Positions 23,343 to 37,100 of a DNA stretch of 64,000 nt are shown here, one piece after another. Both the position numbers and the translations under genes were made by a program. The stretch's first letter is position 1. Each line of letters begins with the position of its first letter. A model generated the notes under the pieces. The model did not search any database and was not told where the DNA came from. It saw only the letters and a list, made by a program, of their open reading frames with translations. Origin of the DNA: Mesotaenium endlicherianum (lineage: Eukaryota); the NCBI GenBank assembly GCA_009602735.1, contig WELA01002449.1, positions 59,818 through 123,817 of the forward strand. Reading direction: 5' to 3'.

Positions 23343-26300
23343 TCATAGCTTCGCTACAGGGCTCACGTCCATAGCATAGCTTCCAAGAACTCGCAAAAAA
23401 GGTGCGAACTCCTGCATCCCAAAAAAGTCGGACCATGTTAGTACCGTTTAATGTGCATGCAAATTTTCAAAGTGCCAGCTTGCCAATGATCGTCCACAGT
23501 GATAAAACAATATGCCGAAATCAAGAAAGTACCTGCAGGTGGCGAAGAGCATTCTGAGCTCGAGGCTCGGCCATGGATGCTTGGAAATCTATGTAGAAGA
23601 GGTAGTCAAACACGCGGTATTGCTCCGGCATCGATCCGCTGCAAAGGGACGGCCAAGGAGCACTTAACCTCAGAATATAACAGCAATCATATCCTCTCAA
23701 ACTGCATCTTGAAGTAACTTGGGATAAGGAGATAAGGAGGGCCGCACCATCTCACATGGTCGCTAAAGGTCACCGACACCCTCTGCTGTTAACCGAGAAC
23801 TCAAATCACTAAAAAAGGAGCTGATAAGCCCACCATATATCATGAATACAGCAGCAAGAGCCACTTCATTTAATAACTAAAAAACTGTCGTGCAAGAAGC
23901 CAAAAAAAAGACAACTACCAGGCCTGCACAGATAAACTGTAGAAAAAAGACCAGATGTAGAGAAACTACATAATGGATGAGCTAGGAGCAAGATCGACAG
24001 ACTGAATGAAGCAGGGTCCACAAATTGCTCAGCGGGCGAGGGAGTGAGAAACAACACATGCCAGGGGTACTCACTTCTCAGTCCTGTCTTCTGAGAACAC
24101 CCGGAGAGGCTTGTTCTTCTGCGGCCTGCTCTCGATCTGCTCACTCACCAGCAATGCCACACGATGACCATGATGCATGTGTGAGGGCCTGTGTGTACGG
24201 GCGTGCGTGTGAGGTGTGTGTCAATAAAATGCGCGTGCGAGCATGTGCGCACGCGAGCCAGCGCGCAAGCAAAAGCATATGCTGCTCCATCTCCACCTAA
24301 GTCAAGACCCTACTCATTTTCTAACAACCATCTTGAAGTTGCCAACGACACACGCGCAACACAATCTCTCCTCCATACGGACTTCCTTTTCAACAAAATC
24401 CTGACGAATTACATCAGCTGCAGCTGCAGCCACTATGCTGAAGACTGCATGCGACGTGACAACACTGTTCAACAGACGGGTACGACAAACCAAATGTATA
24501 CACACTACTGATACAAGCGAACCATGTCAGTGCTCAAACAAATGCATAACTGGACGGCCGGCACCAAGCACCATGTCAGAAGGGTACCAAGGCCGGTCTG
24601 CGAACAGCATCAGCCAGGCAGGCGTAGGCATTACCTTGGTGAGGTTGATCTCGCGCAGGGCAAACACCGAGAGCGCCTTAAAGAGCATCCCTGGCCCGGG
24701 CTCCAATGTGAACACGATGCTCGTCTGCAACCAGTGCCGAGTTGCGTAGCCACAAAGCACACACGTGGAGACCATGAGCAGAAGTTCCCACCAGGTCCGA
24801 ACACGCAGCGCGGCAAGGGGGGCTTGGCAACCATCTCAGGCTCAGAGACGAGCAGCGTGTGCCTCTGGAGTGAGCTGGCTTAGCTCAGCGAGAGAAAGGG
24901 AAGAGGAAGAGGCACTGCTGAAGGTGCTCTCTTCAAGCCTTGCGGCGCTCTTCATGCTCCTGCAGGCTTGGCGAGGTGCTGGCAAGGGGGGCCTAAGTGC
25001 GACAGACTCTCGGAAATAAAGCTGATGTGACTGCAGGGACCAGTCGAGCAGAAGCTCTGGTCCAGGCGAGCCTGCGCCGCCAAATATCCTCTTGGCTGGC
25101 ACCACCAGCATCCTCTTGAATACTAATAACACTGCGTTCTATTGAGAAGGCACGAGCCTGTGGAGCAGCTGGGGCAGCACGCGTGCGAGCCTGTGAAAGT
25201 TCAGCCCGCGCCGTGCATGTCAATAAAATTGGACCACAGATAGATGACTGACAAGAGGAGGAGGAGGAAGAGGAGGCATTAACCTTAAAAGGGATGTCGG
25301 TGTGGGGCATGATGGGCTCCCTGGCAAGGATGAGGAAGCGCGTCACGTTGTCTGCGTCGTCCTGCACCACACCCGCCCTATGCCACATCAGCGATTCCCA
25401 TCCTCACACCGTATTGCGTGCGACGTCTGAAGCACAGACCAGAAACGTCCGCATGCTCCGGCGCACCACAAACAGTGCCCTCACAAAATTAACGATTGCA
25501 TTCATGATCGTGTCAGTGAATGGGGCTTAAGCATTGTCACACAGGCTGGTGGCGATGGTTTTTTAAGCAAGCAGAGGCCAAGCACGGCGCCCTACCACAA
25601 AATAGGGATTATAGGGTAGAGGGTGTCAGAGAGCCGGTAGGCAAGCTGGTGCTTGTGAGCCAATGGACCCACCTGGATGCCATCAGCCAGGATGTCAAGA
25701 CCGTACAGCTGGGCGGCCCTCCGGCTGGCAATGGCAGCAGCATCTCGAATCACTTCCGATGCTATCATCTGTCGCACCCCCTCCCCAACAAAAAAAAATT
25801 CCCCCGAAAGAAAGGGGAAAGGAGAACAGAAAAGAAAAAGCTCCTCTCAGATGACTCAACCGCAAGCACGCAAACCATTTGCTTGATAGGGGCTCCCACT
25901 GGCGGCAGGGTAAGTATCGGCAAATTCATTGTCGGCAAAGCAAGCGTCCGGTCCCAAACAGTGGGCGGGCCAAGCAAATGATATGCTGCAGACAGTCGTC
26001 ACAAACGAGGCGAGTGAGTGCCTGGCTGGCGGAGCACGGACCTGGGCAGCCCCGGCGGTGTCGTGGAAATTCTCGCGCGTCACGCCGAGCTGCGACAGCG
26101 TCATCTCGCACTGCGCCAGAGCCTGCGTGGAGGCAATGCCGGCAGCAGCCAAGCCACAGGCATCAGACTGTGTCTTGCTTTGCAAGCACCCCTTTCTAGA
26201 GCACGCCCAGCGCACGGTGTCCAAATGCACGCCGTTCAGATTGGGCAATGGGCACACGCGGAGTGGTGGTGGCTAAGCAGCCAAGAGGCCACGGGGCGAG

Positions 26301-28704
26301 GGTCTCTGCTCAAGACTGGGACATATAAGCACCGCCGCAAACCCTCCACATGTGTCAACACAGCGCGACAGGAGTCCACATGTATGCACCTGAAGCGCTA
26401 ATGCACATGCCCGGCTGTCGGAGCAGGAGTGGATGTACATGGCGATTCTCCAAAAACTCTCCGAGAAACACCAGCCGTGCAAGCCAAAGGGCACGAGTCA
26501 AGGAAAATGCGTTTCCTGCTTTTTGAAGACGTTAATTTGGAACACGGTCAGGCTCACAGGACATGATTTTTTGGGTCAGATAACGCTGGTTGATCCAGGC
26601 TAGATCCTTCTAAAATCTAGGGTTCAGGGTCTTGGCATTGGGGAGTTCAGGAAAAGAGGGGGGGGGTACGAGTGGGTAGGTAAACGCAAGGGCGAAAACA
26701 CCAACCTGAGGGTGACTTAACACGCGCTTCAAGTCGGCAGCCTTGGTGCCAGGAATTGCAAGCAAGCAGTGGTGCACTGCCAGCTGTACTTCGCCCACGA
26801 TGTGAAGCCGGTGGCGCATGAGGAGGTCAAAGTTGCGGTGGATGCTGCCACCCAATGAGTTCTCTATCGGCAGCACCGCCCTGTCCACCAGCCACAACTC
26901 CACTGCCTGACGCCCTTCACACAAACACAGACAGGTGCCATGTGCGTGCACGCTGCAAGAATCAGCCAACAGGCTGGGAGCGCCCTTTCTGTCCCCTCAC
27001 GGTCCCGCTCAAAGGGGGCATACAAGGGGGTGCGTTACAGTAATGAACTCTCATGCACTCCAGCCTATTTCACTCGAGCAGCATGTGAGAACATCCCTCC
27101 CACCCACCATATCATAAGGCGCAATCAGCATGAACAAAATGAAGACATTGACCAGCCAGTCTTCAAACGTATATATGGGGGAAATCAACCGACAGTGCAA
27201 CCGAATGGAAGCAAGTATCAGGAAGTTTGTGTCAATAGCTATGGGGCTGGAAAAGAGGGAAAGGGAGAGGGAGATAAGTGCGAGAGGGAGAGGCAGAGGA
27301 AGAGGGAGAGAAAGAGTGAGAGTGAGGCGGAGGGAGGGAGAGAGGCAGGGAGGGGGGGAGGGAGGGAGGGGGAGAGAGAGAGGGAGAGGGAGATATTTGG
27401 CATGGTTAACCATTTCTCTGAAGTTTGATATTGGAAGGCAGAAGAAACACCTGGAAAGCAGCATCAAACTGCTCACAGGGGACGGGCTCACAGACTGGAT
27501 ATGCCTTCATAGCTGCCTCCTCGCTGTATGCTCCAGGCACTCCCTGCCATTACATTCCACCCCCTTCTCAAGAGGTGAACTCTTGGCCCCTGATAAAGTT
27601 GATGGCTGGAGTATGCTACCTCATGCTGACATCAGAACTTCTTGACAGGATCTGAAGGGCAAAATCAGGTGCAGACTAAGCACAGAGGCCAAATCAACGA
27701 CTTAAGGTGTAAGGGTTCGTCCATATTGCCTGAAGCCTACACTGCATACCCCTGGGAATGAATAAACAAAAGCACAATATTTGAGCCAATAAACCTGAAC
27801 TGGGTAAAGAAGATAGGGCTCCATCCGACAAAATCGGGTGACTTCAACTAAACCTTTTCTAAGTCCTGCTGCATGACAACCAACATACAACTGGTATTTC
27901 ACAGTACCTGATATGCAACTCTGAAGTTTGACGCTCCCATCTTTGAAACCAGGGGCTCAACTGAGAGAGGTCCTGTGAAAGAGGTAATGCTAACCAAGTT
28001 AAGGAGCAGTAAAATCACTTTGATCTCGTTCATGTACTGGAAGCAACACCTGCAAATAGTACTCTGGTGCATTTCTCTGCAGCTCAGCGTGACTGCACGA
28101 GTACTTCAAGGTTGAAGTACAACATCTTACAAGAGCTCCTTGCCCAAAAACCTGAAGGTAGCAGAGGAAAGATACGGCAGATTTATGAGAACAAAATAGG
28201 TTTTGCGGGCTTACTGGCTATGGGGTGCATGCGTCCCACAGTTCCTGTCTGGGCCTCAGAGGCAGGACCACTGCCTGTACTTGATGGAGCATCAGCAGAC
28301 ACAGATAAGGAGGAAGCCTCTCCACCTTCAGCAGACATTCTAGGAATCCATTTCCAAGGCTGAAAAGGTTCAACTTCACTTTGCTGAATGGTCGAAGCTG
28401 AGCTGCAAGACACGGGTTTTCGAGGTGATGGCGTGGAGGGCATGGAAGAGAAGGGGAGGTGGAAAAGTCGTGGAAGAAATAGTGAGCAGCTATTGGTGAA
28501 CTGAATGTGCCTACTTGATTTCCTACTGGCATTTGAGTTCTGGTTTGTAGTACTTATGTTCAAAACCTTGTGCGAGACTGTACCAGACGCAACTCGGGTT
28601 GATATTCTCTCTGAGACATGATCACAAGTGAGAAAATCTGTAGCCGCATGTCGTCGATAACTGCCCACTAGAAGATCAAGACTTGATAAGTGGGCGAGCG
28701 CCAT
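23343..28704 (-). CDS. ADT: Plastid arogenate/prephenate dehydratase (intron-rich ADT1/ADT2 type), ~476 aa
   Basis: Eleven phase-consistent exons: 28704-28215, 27972-27908, 27543-27451, 26906-26706, 26122-26042, 25768-25673, 25361-25284, 24724-24635, 24136-24075, 23638-23533, 23411-23343. Motifs [39 protein letters not shown] and RVLGSY; Ser-rich transit peptide. Confidence 0.95.
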
Positions 28705-29687
28705 GCGTGCCTTTCAAGGCAACTAGCTCGGATGCTCAATTAGCATCTACGGACGATATGAGTGTTCACTTGTCGAAGGACATATATACTTACGACTGGT
28801 TGCCTTTCAAATGCTCGTCTCAGGTCACGTAGTTCCTAAGTAATAGTTATGCATTGCATGCTACTTTTTAGCCCGGTCGTCCTGAGAAGTTCAGTATCTT
28901 GGAGGAAGCCACTTCCTCTCGTTTACAATCAGTACTCGCGCGTTATACACTCGTGCCACACTTTTCGACCTTGTTCACATGAGATCCGTAAGTAGTTAAT
29001 TGGCCTTCTCTGGACAAGACTGGCATGCCTCCATCCTTGTTGACTAGCCTCTGGTGCCCTGCGATGACGTGAGCGTCCGTGACTGTTCGTACCGGTACAG
29101 ATACTTCTTGAGTTCAAGGATTGACAAGTGGCATTACTTTTTCTCAACTTTGAGTTGATGGAGCCAACTCGAACCAACTCGAGCAGCACGTCAATTTGCG
29201 TCAATTGCGAGGTGTCTGTGTTACTTTCGATGACTCTCGAGTCTCGACAACTCTCGAGCAGTCGGAAGTAGTTCCAAGTATTTCGCAAAGCCAATGAGAG
29301 CAGTTAAGAGTTGCTGAAAGTTGCCGGGAGTGCCTGATGTCTGCTGAATTCACCTAGCCAAACTGCTGACCCTGAAGTCTTGACGCTTGCTGACGTGCTA
29401 CACTCTTGTGCTCTCCGATTCCCGCTGTAGCTTGCTCTTCTGTGGTAATCTGGCTAACTATCAATATTCATATGGGACTCCGGTAACGGAAATGCATTCC
29501 TTCATTGTCAGAGCCCGCCAAGTGCTGATCGAGCCCAAGTCAATACTTCACCGCAAACTGCTTTACTCTTACCGATATTCTAGTACGTCGCATAAGAGCT
29601 GCGCCTATGTCGGTCATTAATAGTCTGGTTGTTATAGGCTGCTAGTCATATTCGGTTTCGAGATACTGTACCAGTTGAACAATCCGA

Positions 29688-32600
29688 ATGGCGAGTGTAT
29701 CAGTTTGTGTGCGCTTCCGCCCCCAGGTCAGTAGGGCATCAGCATGTGTGGGCTTCAATAGTTCACAATGTTATCTCTGCTGCTTATAAAAAATTGCCTT
29801 GCAGCTTATTTGAAACCTCCTCGTGATATATATAGCATCCGAGTACATTCTTATATTGCAGAACAAGAGAGAAATTCGAGAAGGTGGAACGGAATGTCTT
29901 CAACCGATATCTCCCCAGTCCTTCGCTATCAAGGTTTGCACGTCATTCCACACGCTGGGCAAGATGCTATTTAACAATCACTAATAAATATAGTTGCTAA
30001 GCACACATCACTATGAGCAGGATGACAGGGAAGAGCTTATGCAGTTTACTTTCGACAAGATATTATATGAGGCTTCGACCCAATCAGATGTCTTTGAGGT
30101 TGTAGCTAAACCTGCCGTTATGAGTAAGTTACCATCCTTAAGCTGTGCCTTTCGTCACTGGAACGGTGGCACTTGACTGCTTCCTCTTTCTGCTCGGTGG
30201 CCACTGTCCTGAAGCTTCCCGTTTTTGTTTCTGTCAGATGCTATGAATGCTGTCAACGGCACCATCATAGCTTATGGTCAGGTAACAGATAGACTGATTT
30301 GATGTGTTTTCAATTCTGATTCTCAACTTTTTTGAAGCATACATCTGCTCAAACAAGTTCTCTTCATATACCCTCTTGTAATAAGTTGCTAATACTCGCA
30401 GTGTCTACACTCATGCAGACAGGAGCTGGTAAAACGTTCACTATGGAGGTAAATGACCCCTATGAAACGATGTAATATAGGATTGATGGAATGACAACGT
30501 ATCTGATTGCCCATAAACTTCATGCATAGCTCATGTAAAGAAACGTGTTTCTTCCGGTCAACTCACGACGAACATTAGATGTGCATGTTCAGGGTCCTGA
30601 CATGCTCAGAGATGACATTCTGGTTGCCGGACTACTTCCTCGGGTGGTCAATAGCATATTTGAATCCATAGCAGTGGCAGACGCATCCCTTGAATTTGTC
30701 ATCAAGCTGTCTATGGTAAGGTGTTCATACTGCCATTTAAATATCACTTCTATGCTGTGAAACTGCATGTTTTGCTTTGAATTGGTAATGTCGTGCCAAT
30801 TCTTAGCAAATGCACGTTCAGTACTTGAACTCATAATGTCAATAAACCACATGTCAGGTGGAGATATACTGTGATCGGATCAGGTACTGTCAACGGACTC
30901 TGTCAATCAACCTGCCTGCATGTAATGGACACGAAGAATGTAGTCTAATGAGGAGAGCACGAGGAAGCGTTTTGATTGTGTAACTTTCTGCCGCCTATAA
31001 GTTGGCATCCAGTCTGTCTTTACAATGGAATGCTTACTGTGTTGAACTTATTAGACAGCATCTTGATGACCTTCCAGGGACCTGCTTGACCCCTCCAAAG
31101 ACAATCTGCCTGTCAAAGAAGACAAAGTTTTGGGCGTCTATGTTGCAAATGTGACTGAGGTGAATATCAGCACTTATCTGGTCAAATAGCCCCGTGTCAA
31201 TGCTGCTACATTTTGGATACTTGATTGCAGCATATTCTAGTCACATGAGGTGTGTATCCTGTTTCCTTTTTTTGGGGGGGAGGGGGGTGGGGGGGCAGAC
31301 ATATGCACAAAATGAACAGGAGATGCTGCAACTATTACAGGTAATCAGTTGTTTGCTAGTATGTCCTTTCTTGATGTTGCTCAAAGGCACTTTATCACTT
31401 GTCAAAGTAATGTCCAGTGGGAATAGGCAGATCCTCATATTCGGTGTGGGTTCTGCTGCAGGCTGGAATCACAAACAGAGCAGTTTGTTCGACACGTATC
31501 CTTATGTACCTTACACCCGTGAGGGGAGAGTGTTCACTGGGGTATACTCTGGCAGCATCCTTACCTGCTTCCTAGAGTCAGGTTCATTGACTCGTTGTAC
31601 GTATTGTATAAATGGAGAGGATGCAGCTTGATTTGTACATAGTGCTTAAAACACTCTGTAGTTTTCTTTGACGTCCTTACATACAGACATGAATGAGGGA
31701 AGCAGTCGATCGCACTGTGTCCACCTCCTCACTATACAACAGACAAGCACTTTAGACTTCGGGTATGTCTTTCCACAATGCTCACCTATTCTGTCATTTA
31801 TTCTAAGAAATAAACCTCTTAGTTGATGAACAGCAAGAAGCTAGTTCTTGTAATGAGCTGAATAATTTATCCAGTGTGAAGACAGGGAAGCTTTGCCTAG
31901 TGGACCTTGCTGGCTCGGAGAAGGTAGCGAAAACGGGTGTTCAAGGGCAGGGCATCACTGAAGCAAAAAACATCAACAAGTCTCTATCAACCCTTGCAAA
32001 TGTCATCAATGCCCTTACAAGTGGTAAGCTCTTACAGCTCATAACCACAACTTTTACTGTCAGTAAAGCTCATTGCTTAAGTCTCAAATGTCAATTTAGG
32101 TCAGCATGTTCAACTCTTGCAAATACATCAGTACCATCACAAATGACAAGCTTCTCTGCCTGTTTCTACGAGGCCTTCCACTGTCAAGGTTATTTCTTAG
32201 CTTTTTCTATATCTGCTGACATGTCAAATGCAGCAGCCATTTGCGCGCCTACTCTATGCATTTCAGGCTTAAGAAGTGGTTCATGATGAGTAGTTACTCG
32301 TATTCCTTTATGGTTGTACCTTTTCGCAGAAAAGTCTCCTCATATACCATACCGAGATTCAAAGTTGACTCGCATACTGCAGGATTCATTGGTAAGCACT
32401 ACTGCCTGTCCATACCCCATTGTGCATGTGCGCCTTCATGAATATTGGGGGAGCAGACCAGCATTTATTTGCCTTGCAATTTCTGGTGCATGCTGTGAAT
32501 GCATAATAAGCATAGTTTCACTGCTTCTCAACTTGGGGCAGGGTGGAAATTCAAGCACAACCCTGCTGTGCTGCTGCTCTCCTTCAAGCTTCAACGCTGC

Positions 32601-34177
32601 TGAGACAATTTCAACTCTTCGTTTTGGCATGAGGTGTTCCTTATCCTAACTCATATCCTTAGGACCCAATTATAATGTTGGATCAGCTGCAAGTAGATTA
32701 ATGTGTTGACGTAGTTGTAAGCAGTGAATGCATAATGATGAACGCAACTCGCATAAAAGTCTTCCAATGAAAATGATTCAGGGCAAAGCAGATAAAGAAC
32801 AAGCCCGTAGTCAATGAGAAGCAAGGCAGAAAAGAGCTGGAAATCGTTCTTGCTAAAAGCAAGGAGCAGTGCAAACAGTTGACTGAAGAAGTTGAGTTTT
32901 TGACGTCTCAATTATCAGCTGGTAAGCACCAGGGGAAGACCTAGGACTCTTTAGGACCTACCTTAATAACTTGTGTTCTTGAAACAGCATTCTGTTGTCA
33001 CTGGCCTTTGTGTGTTATGTAATCTGAGATGAACACGTGCAACTTTTGTGATTCTCTTCATTGATTTATGGATGGCAGGTCACCTTGTCTCACACAGAGG
33101 CGACAAGGGTACACTTAAGGTAAGATGTTCCAGCGGTTTATGTGCAGTGGCAGCTGCGTATGAAGCAGAAAGTTAAGGCCAGCTTAATCTGCAGAACTTG
33201 TTAAAGTAAGTCCAAGATGCGTGCTTGCCGCATGTTCTATCTTGTTGTTTGATATTCTTGACAGGCCCCCTCCTTGCTGACATCGGCCATTGCAACCCTG
33301 CAAAACATCTTGAAAGAGGAGGGCCATGACGTCTTGTCAAACTCGTCAACCGCTGACACACTCAGCAGCGTAGTGGAAAAGTATTGCGCACTACCTGGTC
33401 CACCTTCTGGGTATATATGCGAGCTAGAGAAAGAGACCGAACGCACACTCAGCTGGCTCGAGGGTGCCTATGCTGATGTGAAAAACAATTTCCAGAAGGT
33501 AATCCAGGTTACTGGACACTATTGTTTTCATGCAAACTATATTGAGGCAAAGTTAATCATTGCATTCACTTTGTCAGGCGCTGCAAGAGATTTGATACTT
33601 CGAGAACATATTGTCTCGGACATTTAGCTTTGCAGGGACATGCCATATCATGCAACATTAAGTATGAGCTGTGTTACCCAGGTGCTAGTAGAGAATGAGG
33701 AACTCAAGACAGAGTTGCGGGCCTTGCGGCGACTCATTGGGGATCCTTCAGACTTCGTCGAAGGGGACATAAGTACGTTTTGGCTTTCCAATCTGCATCT
33801 GGATATTGATTTAAAGTAATTGAGTAATATTTAATTAAGTCATTTGTTTCTTTTCTTAAACTGATTTTTCGCTTTGCTGCTATGTTGACTCCGACCTTTG
33901 AGACTAGGACATGGTATATTCTTGTTCATGACTTTCTCTCTCTTACTTTGCCAGCTTTTACATGACTCTAGGTCTATGTCAAATTGCGATTATTTGGTAT
34001 CACTTGCATTGCATCATCTTCAGTCTGGGCTTCAAGGGTGGCTTCTCTAATTATGATCTATGTTTATATGCAGCCACCGGCTTGGTGAGGGCAAAGCCCC
34101 GCATTCTGAAGCCACTTCGTGGAGGTCTTAAAATCACTGAAGATAGAGCAGACCATTCCCTTTGCCAAGAGGAGTAG
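29688..34177 (+). CDS. Kinesin-1 family motor (PSS1-like), ~527 aa, 19 exons
   Basis: Exons 29688-29726, 29862-29933, 30021-30123, 30238-30281, 30419-30448, 30593-30715, 30858-30883, 31078-31159, 31299-31340, 31462-31495, 31687-31762, 31875-32023, 32330-32391, 32542-32633, 32782-32921, 33079-33119, 33265-33498, 33682-33772, 34074-34177 (1584 nt). Motifs [48 protein letters not shown] and the neck [11 protein letters not shown]. Confidence 0.92.
31496..31686 (+). other. Probable U12-type (minor spliceosome) GT-AG intron
   Basis: Donor GTATCCTT. Branch-like TTCTTTGAC / TCCTTAC within ~25 nt of the AG. Phase 1; splicing restores [12 protein letters not shown]. Confidence 0.75.
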
Positions 34178-37100
34178 TGGCGACCAGCAAAAAAGACATT
34201 CATGGAACAGAGCTTCAATACTGTCAGCGTAAATTTTTAATGACAACATTATTTTGGTGACTTTCATAAATCATCATGCATGTACAGTCACTACATTCAA
34301 TTCAGGTACCCTGTTCTCCGCTCACTTGACAGCAACCCATGAGTGTATACATCTTAAGATTTTGTTTTGCTTGCGAAGACATCTCAGTACAGGTATGTTT
34401 GATGAATGTGAGTACTATAACTGTTGCAATTGTCATTCTTAATACCTCTTACACGGTGCTTCATATGAGCCATACATAAGTGGTTGAATTCTTTGAAATT
34501 TAGAAAGTACAGGACTTTTGTTCATTCTCATAATTGATGGTACCAAATTTGTAGTTCACTACATGTGCATTTTTTTCTTGTTGGAATCAGGCAAAGACTT
34601 TTCACGTTATTGTACAGATGAGGAATTGTAATAACATATCTTTTAGCCTTGGTAATGCACTTGTCCACTTTTCAGATATGAATCGACATTTGCTTAAATC
34701 TAGAGCTATCCAAACTTTTATCCTAGTACACGTGCTTCAAATTTAATGATTGTCTTCCTTTATGATTGTCTTTAGAAATGTTATATCTTATTGCACTAAG
34801 TACACTGACCATTAGATTTTGAGGGATGTCTTGAGCTTAATATGTTTCCATACTCATCCTTAATACCATTTTTTAATAGGTTCATGTATTTGTTCTCTCA
34901 TTATGCTCATAGGAAAGGATGAAATACGAGAGTACAAACCGAACATTGCCCTTCTGGTCATTTGCTAGTTTTTTAATGCTCTATGCAATTAGGTCACCTA
35001 TTTGAATATGTTATGAACATGATAAAATTAGAACAAAGTCCATATTTGTGGCAATATGTGCATTTTACTATGCCAGTACGCGTCTTGTGTCCATTATTGA
35101 AAATGTACCAGGACTACCGGCATGCTATGCAATTACCAGACGTAATCATGTTATTATGACTCATGCCGTGCATCATGTGGCATGCAATTTTGGCGGTTCA
35201 TGTTTTTTATTGTGGACGTTAAATATAAGACGGATAAGCAACGTATCTTCCCTATGTAGGCTTGTTTAATATGATGAACGTGCTAGCTTGGACCATACTA
35301 TTTAACCTTGCAAGTCTAACTCCATAACAAGGCAACATATCAAACCCCTCAAATGGCATCGATCATTTTATTAGCTATAACTATTCATTCAGTTTTGGTC
35401 TTCACATGATCCTCAATGGAGATGTGAGCATGTGTAGCTTGAGTCTTACAACGCGCCGTTCATTTTCATCGACTAAGCGGCCCATTTTCTTGCCTACACC
35501 TATGGCTATTATTGCCTAACATGCTCGACGCTCGTGCATCTTGCGAATTCTGAATAGTTTCCACAGTCAAGAATTCGTAAAAAAAACAACAATTTAAAAA
35601 CGTAAGGAGGAATAGCGGGCATCTTATTGGATTTGGCTCAAATTCTCATAATTCATAACGTCAAGCAATGTGGAGTTACAAAAAACCACATTAGCAAGTA
35701 ATTGGAGCAAGCAAAATTATCAAGGCGCATGTAGAAGCGCATTTGTAACAATATATACTCTTTTAAGAATTACATAGAATCTTCAAAAGTTTGGAACTTT
35801 GAATGAGCGTTGCTCTTAGCTATTAATCAATATTTGAGAATCTTACTTCATGTGTGGTACATCCAACGCTTTTGATGATGGCTGCATACAGACACATAAT
35901 TCGACTATAATGCCCCACATGCACCAGTTATATAATGTTAATTTCTACATACAAAATCTCTTGAATGACAGAGCTCTCTATATCCCCGACGTCCTTCAAT
36001 TCTCTTCTTGAGACTAAAGTCTTATCGCTATGTTGGACGGTGCAAAAAGATGAATGATCGTGGTTGACACCAGGTTCAAAGATTTGACCAGATATTGTAA
36101 TTTGAAAACATCTTGGACGTGATGGCGAGAATTTGAATGAATTGAATGAATTTGAATTTGAATGAATTTGAATTCTTGCGTTCCAAGAATGCTATTGAGT
36201 TAGAAGTTTTAGTATCTTGTGGAACTGTTGGGGAGACAAGTGTCGATTCTCAGGTATTGATATTTAGTCATTTAAGAAAATAACATGTAATTTAGAATTC
36301 TAGTATCCAATAAACATTCGTTCCCAGTGAAAAGATTATTGATCAACATGGTCTTTATTCTACCAAAAAAAAAGATTTATCCATAATATGCCACAAAATA
36401 ACACAAACTTTATCTCATTTTTTGGAGTTTGGTGGGATCACTTCACATCTTTCAACAACTTTTGCAACTTTCAAGAAATCGCGTTGTAAACACGCGTAAT
36501 CTTGGACTAGAATTTCAATTCACTCGCCAAAGATATCCTTATGTTTGCATGCTCAAGGGCGCTTTGGTTTGCTTGGGTCATTGACATGCTTAAATTCATA
36601 CGCCTTGTTGGTACAGGTAACCTTCGAAATCACTCGCAGTTGCGACGTTGCCGTCATGCAGCCGCGCAACATCCGAGTGCCCATGATAATCAACATATGT
36701 AATTTTTTTCTAAAAGTGCTCATTTGTAGAATATGTAGAGCAAGGGTGCATTCACTTGCACATCGAAATCCATTTGTTGCAACCTTGAGATGAATTTGAA
36801 GTGGCCATAGCCACTTCTTCTCTATTTATATAAGAGATCTACTTCGTATCACTCAGCACGCAATTGCCAATTGACAAGTAGAGTTCACATACAATCCCAT
36901 CTACCCAACCACAATGGGACATGCTGAGTATGTTGCACTAAGTTAGATGGATACAACAACAATTAGAACTGTGAATAGTTGCTACGACAACTTGAATTAG
37001 AATAAATATGTACCTTTGTAGGGCAAAAATACAATGCTTAATTGCTTTACTTTGTAATTTGTTTAATTGATACTTTTTTGTTAGGAATCAAGGGGTGCCT

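Noticed and set aside
32653..32660. ATATCCTT as an AT-AC U12 donor
   Set aside because: It lies inside an intron whose GT (32634) and AG (32780-32781) already give the correct frame.
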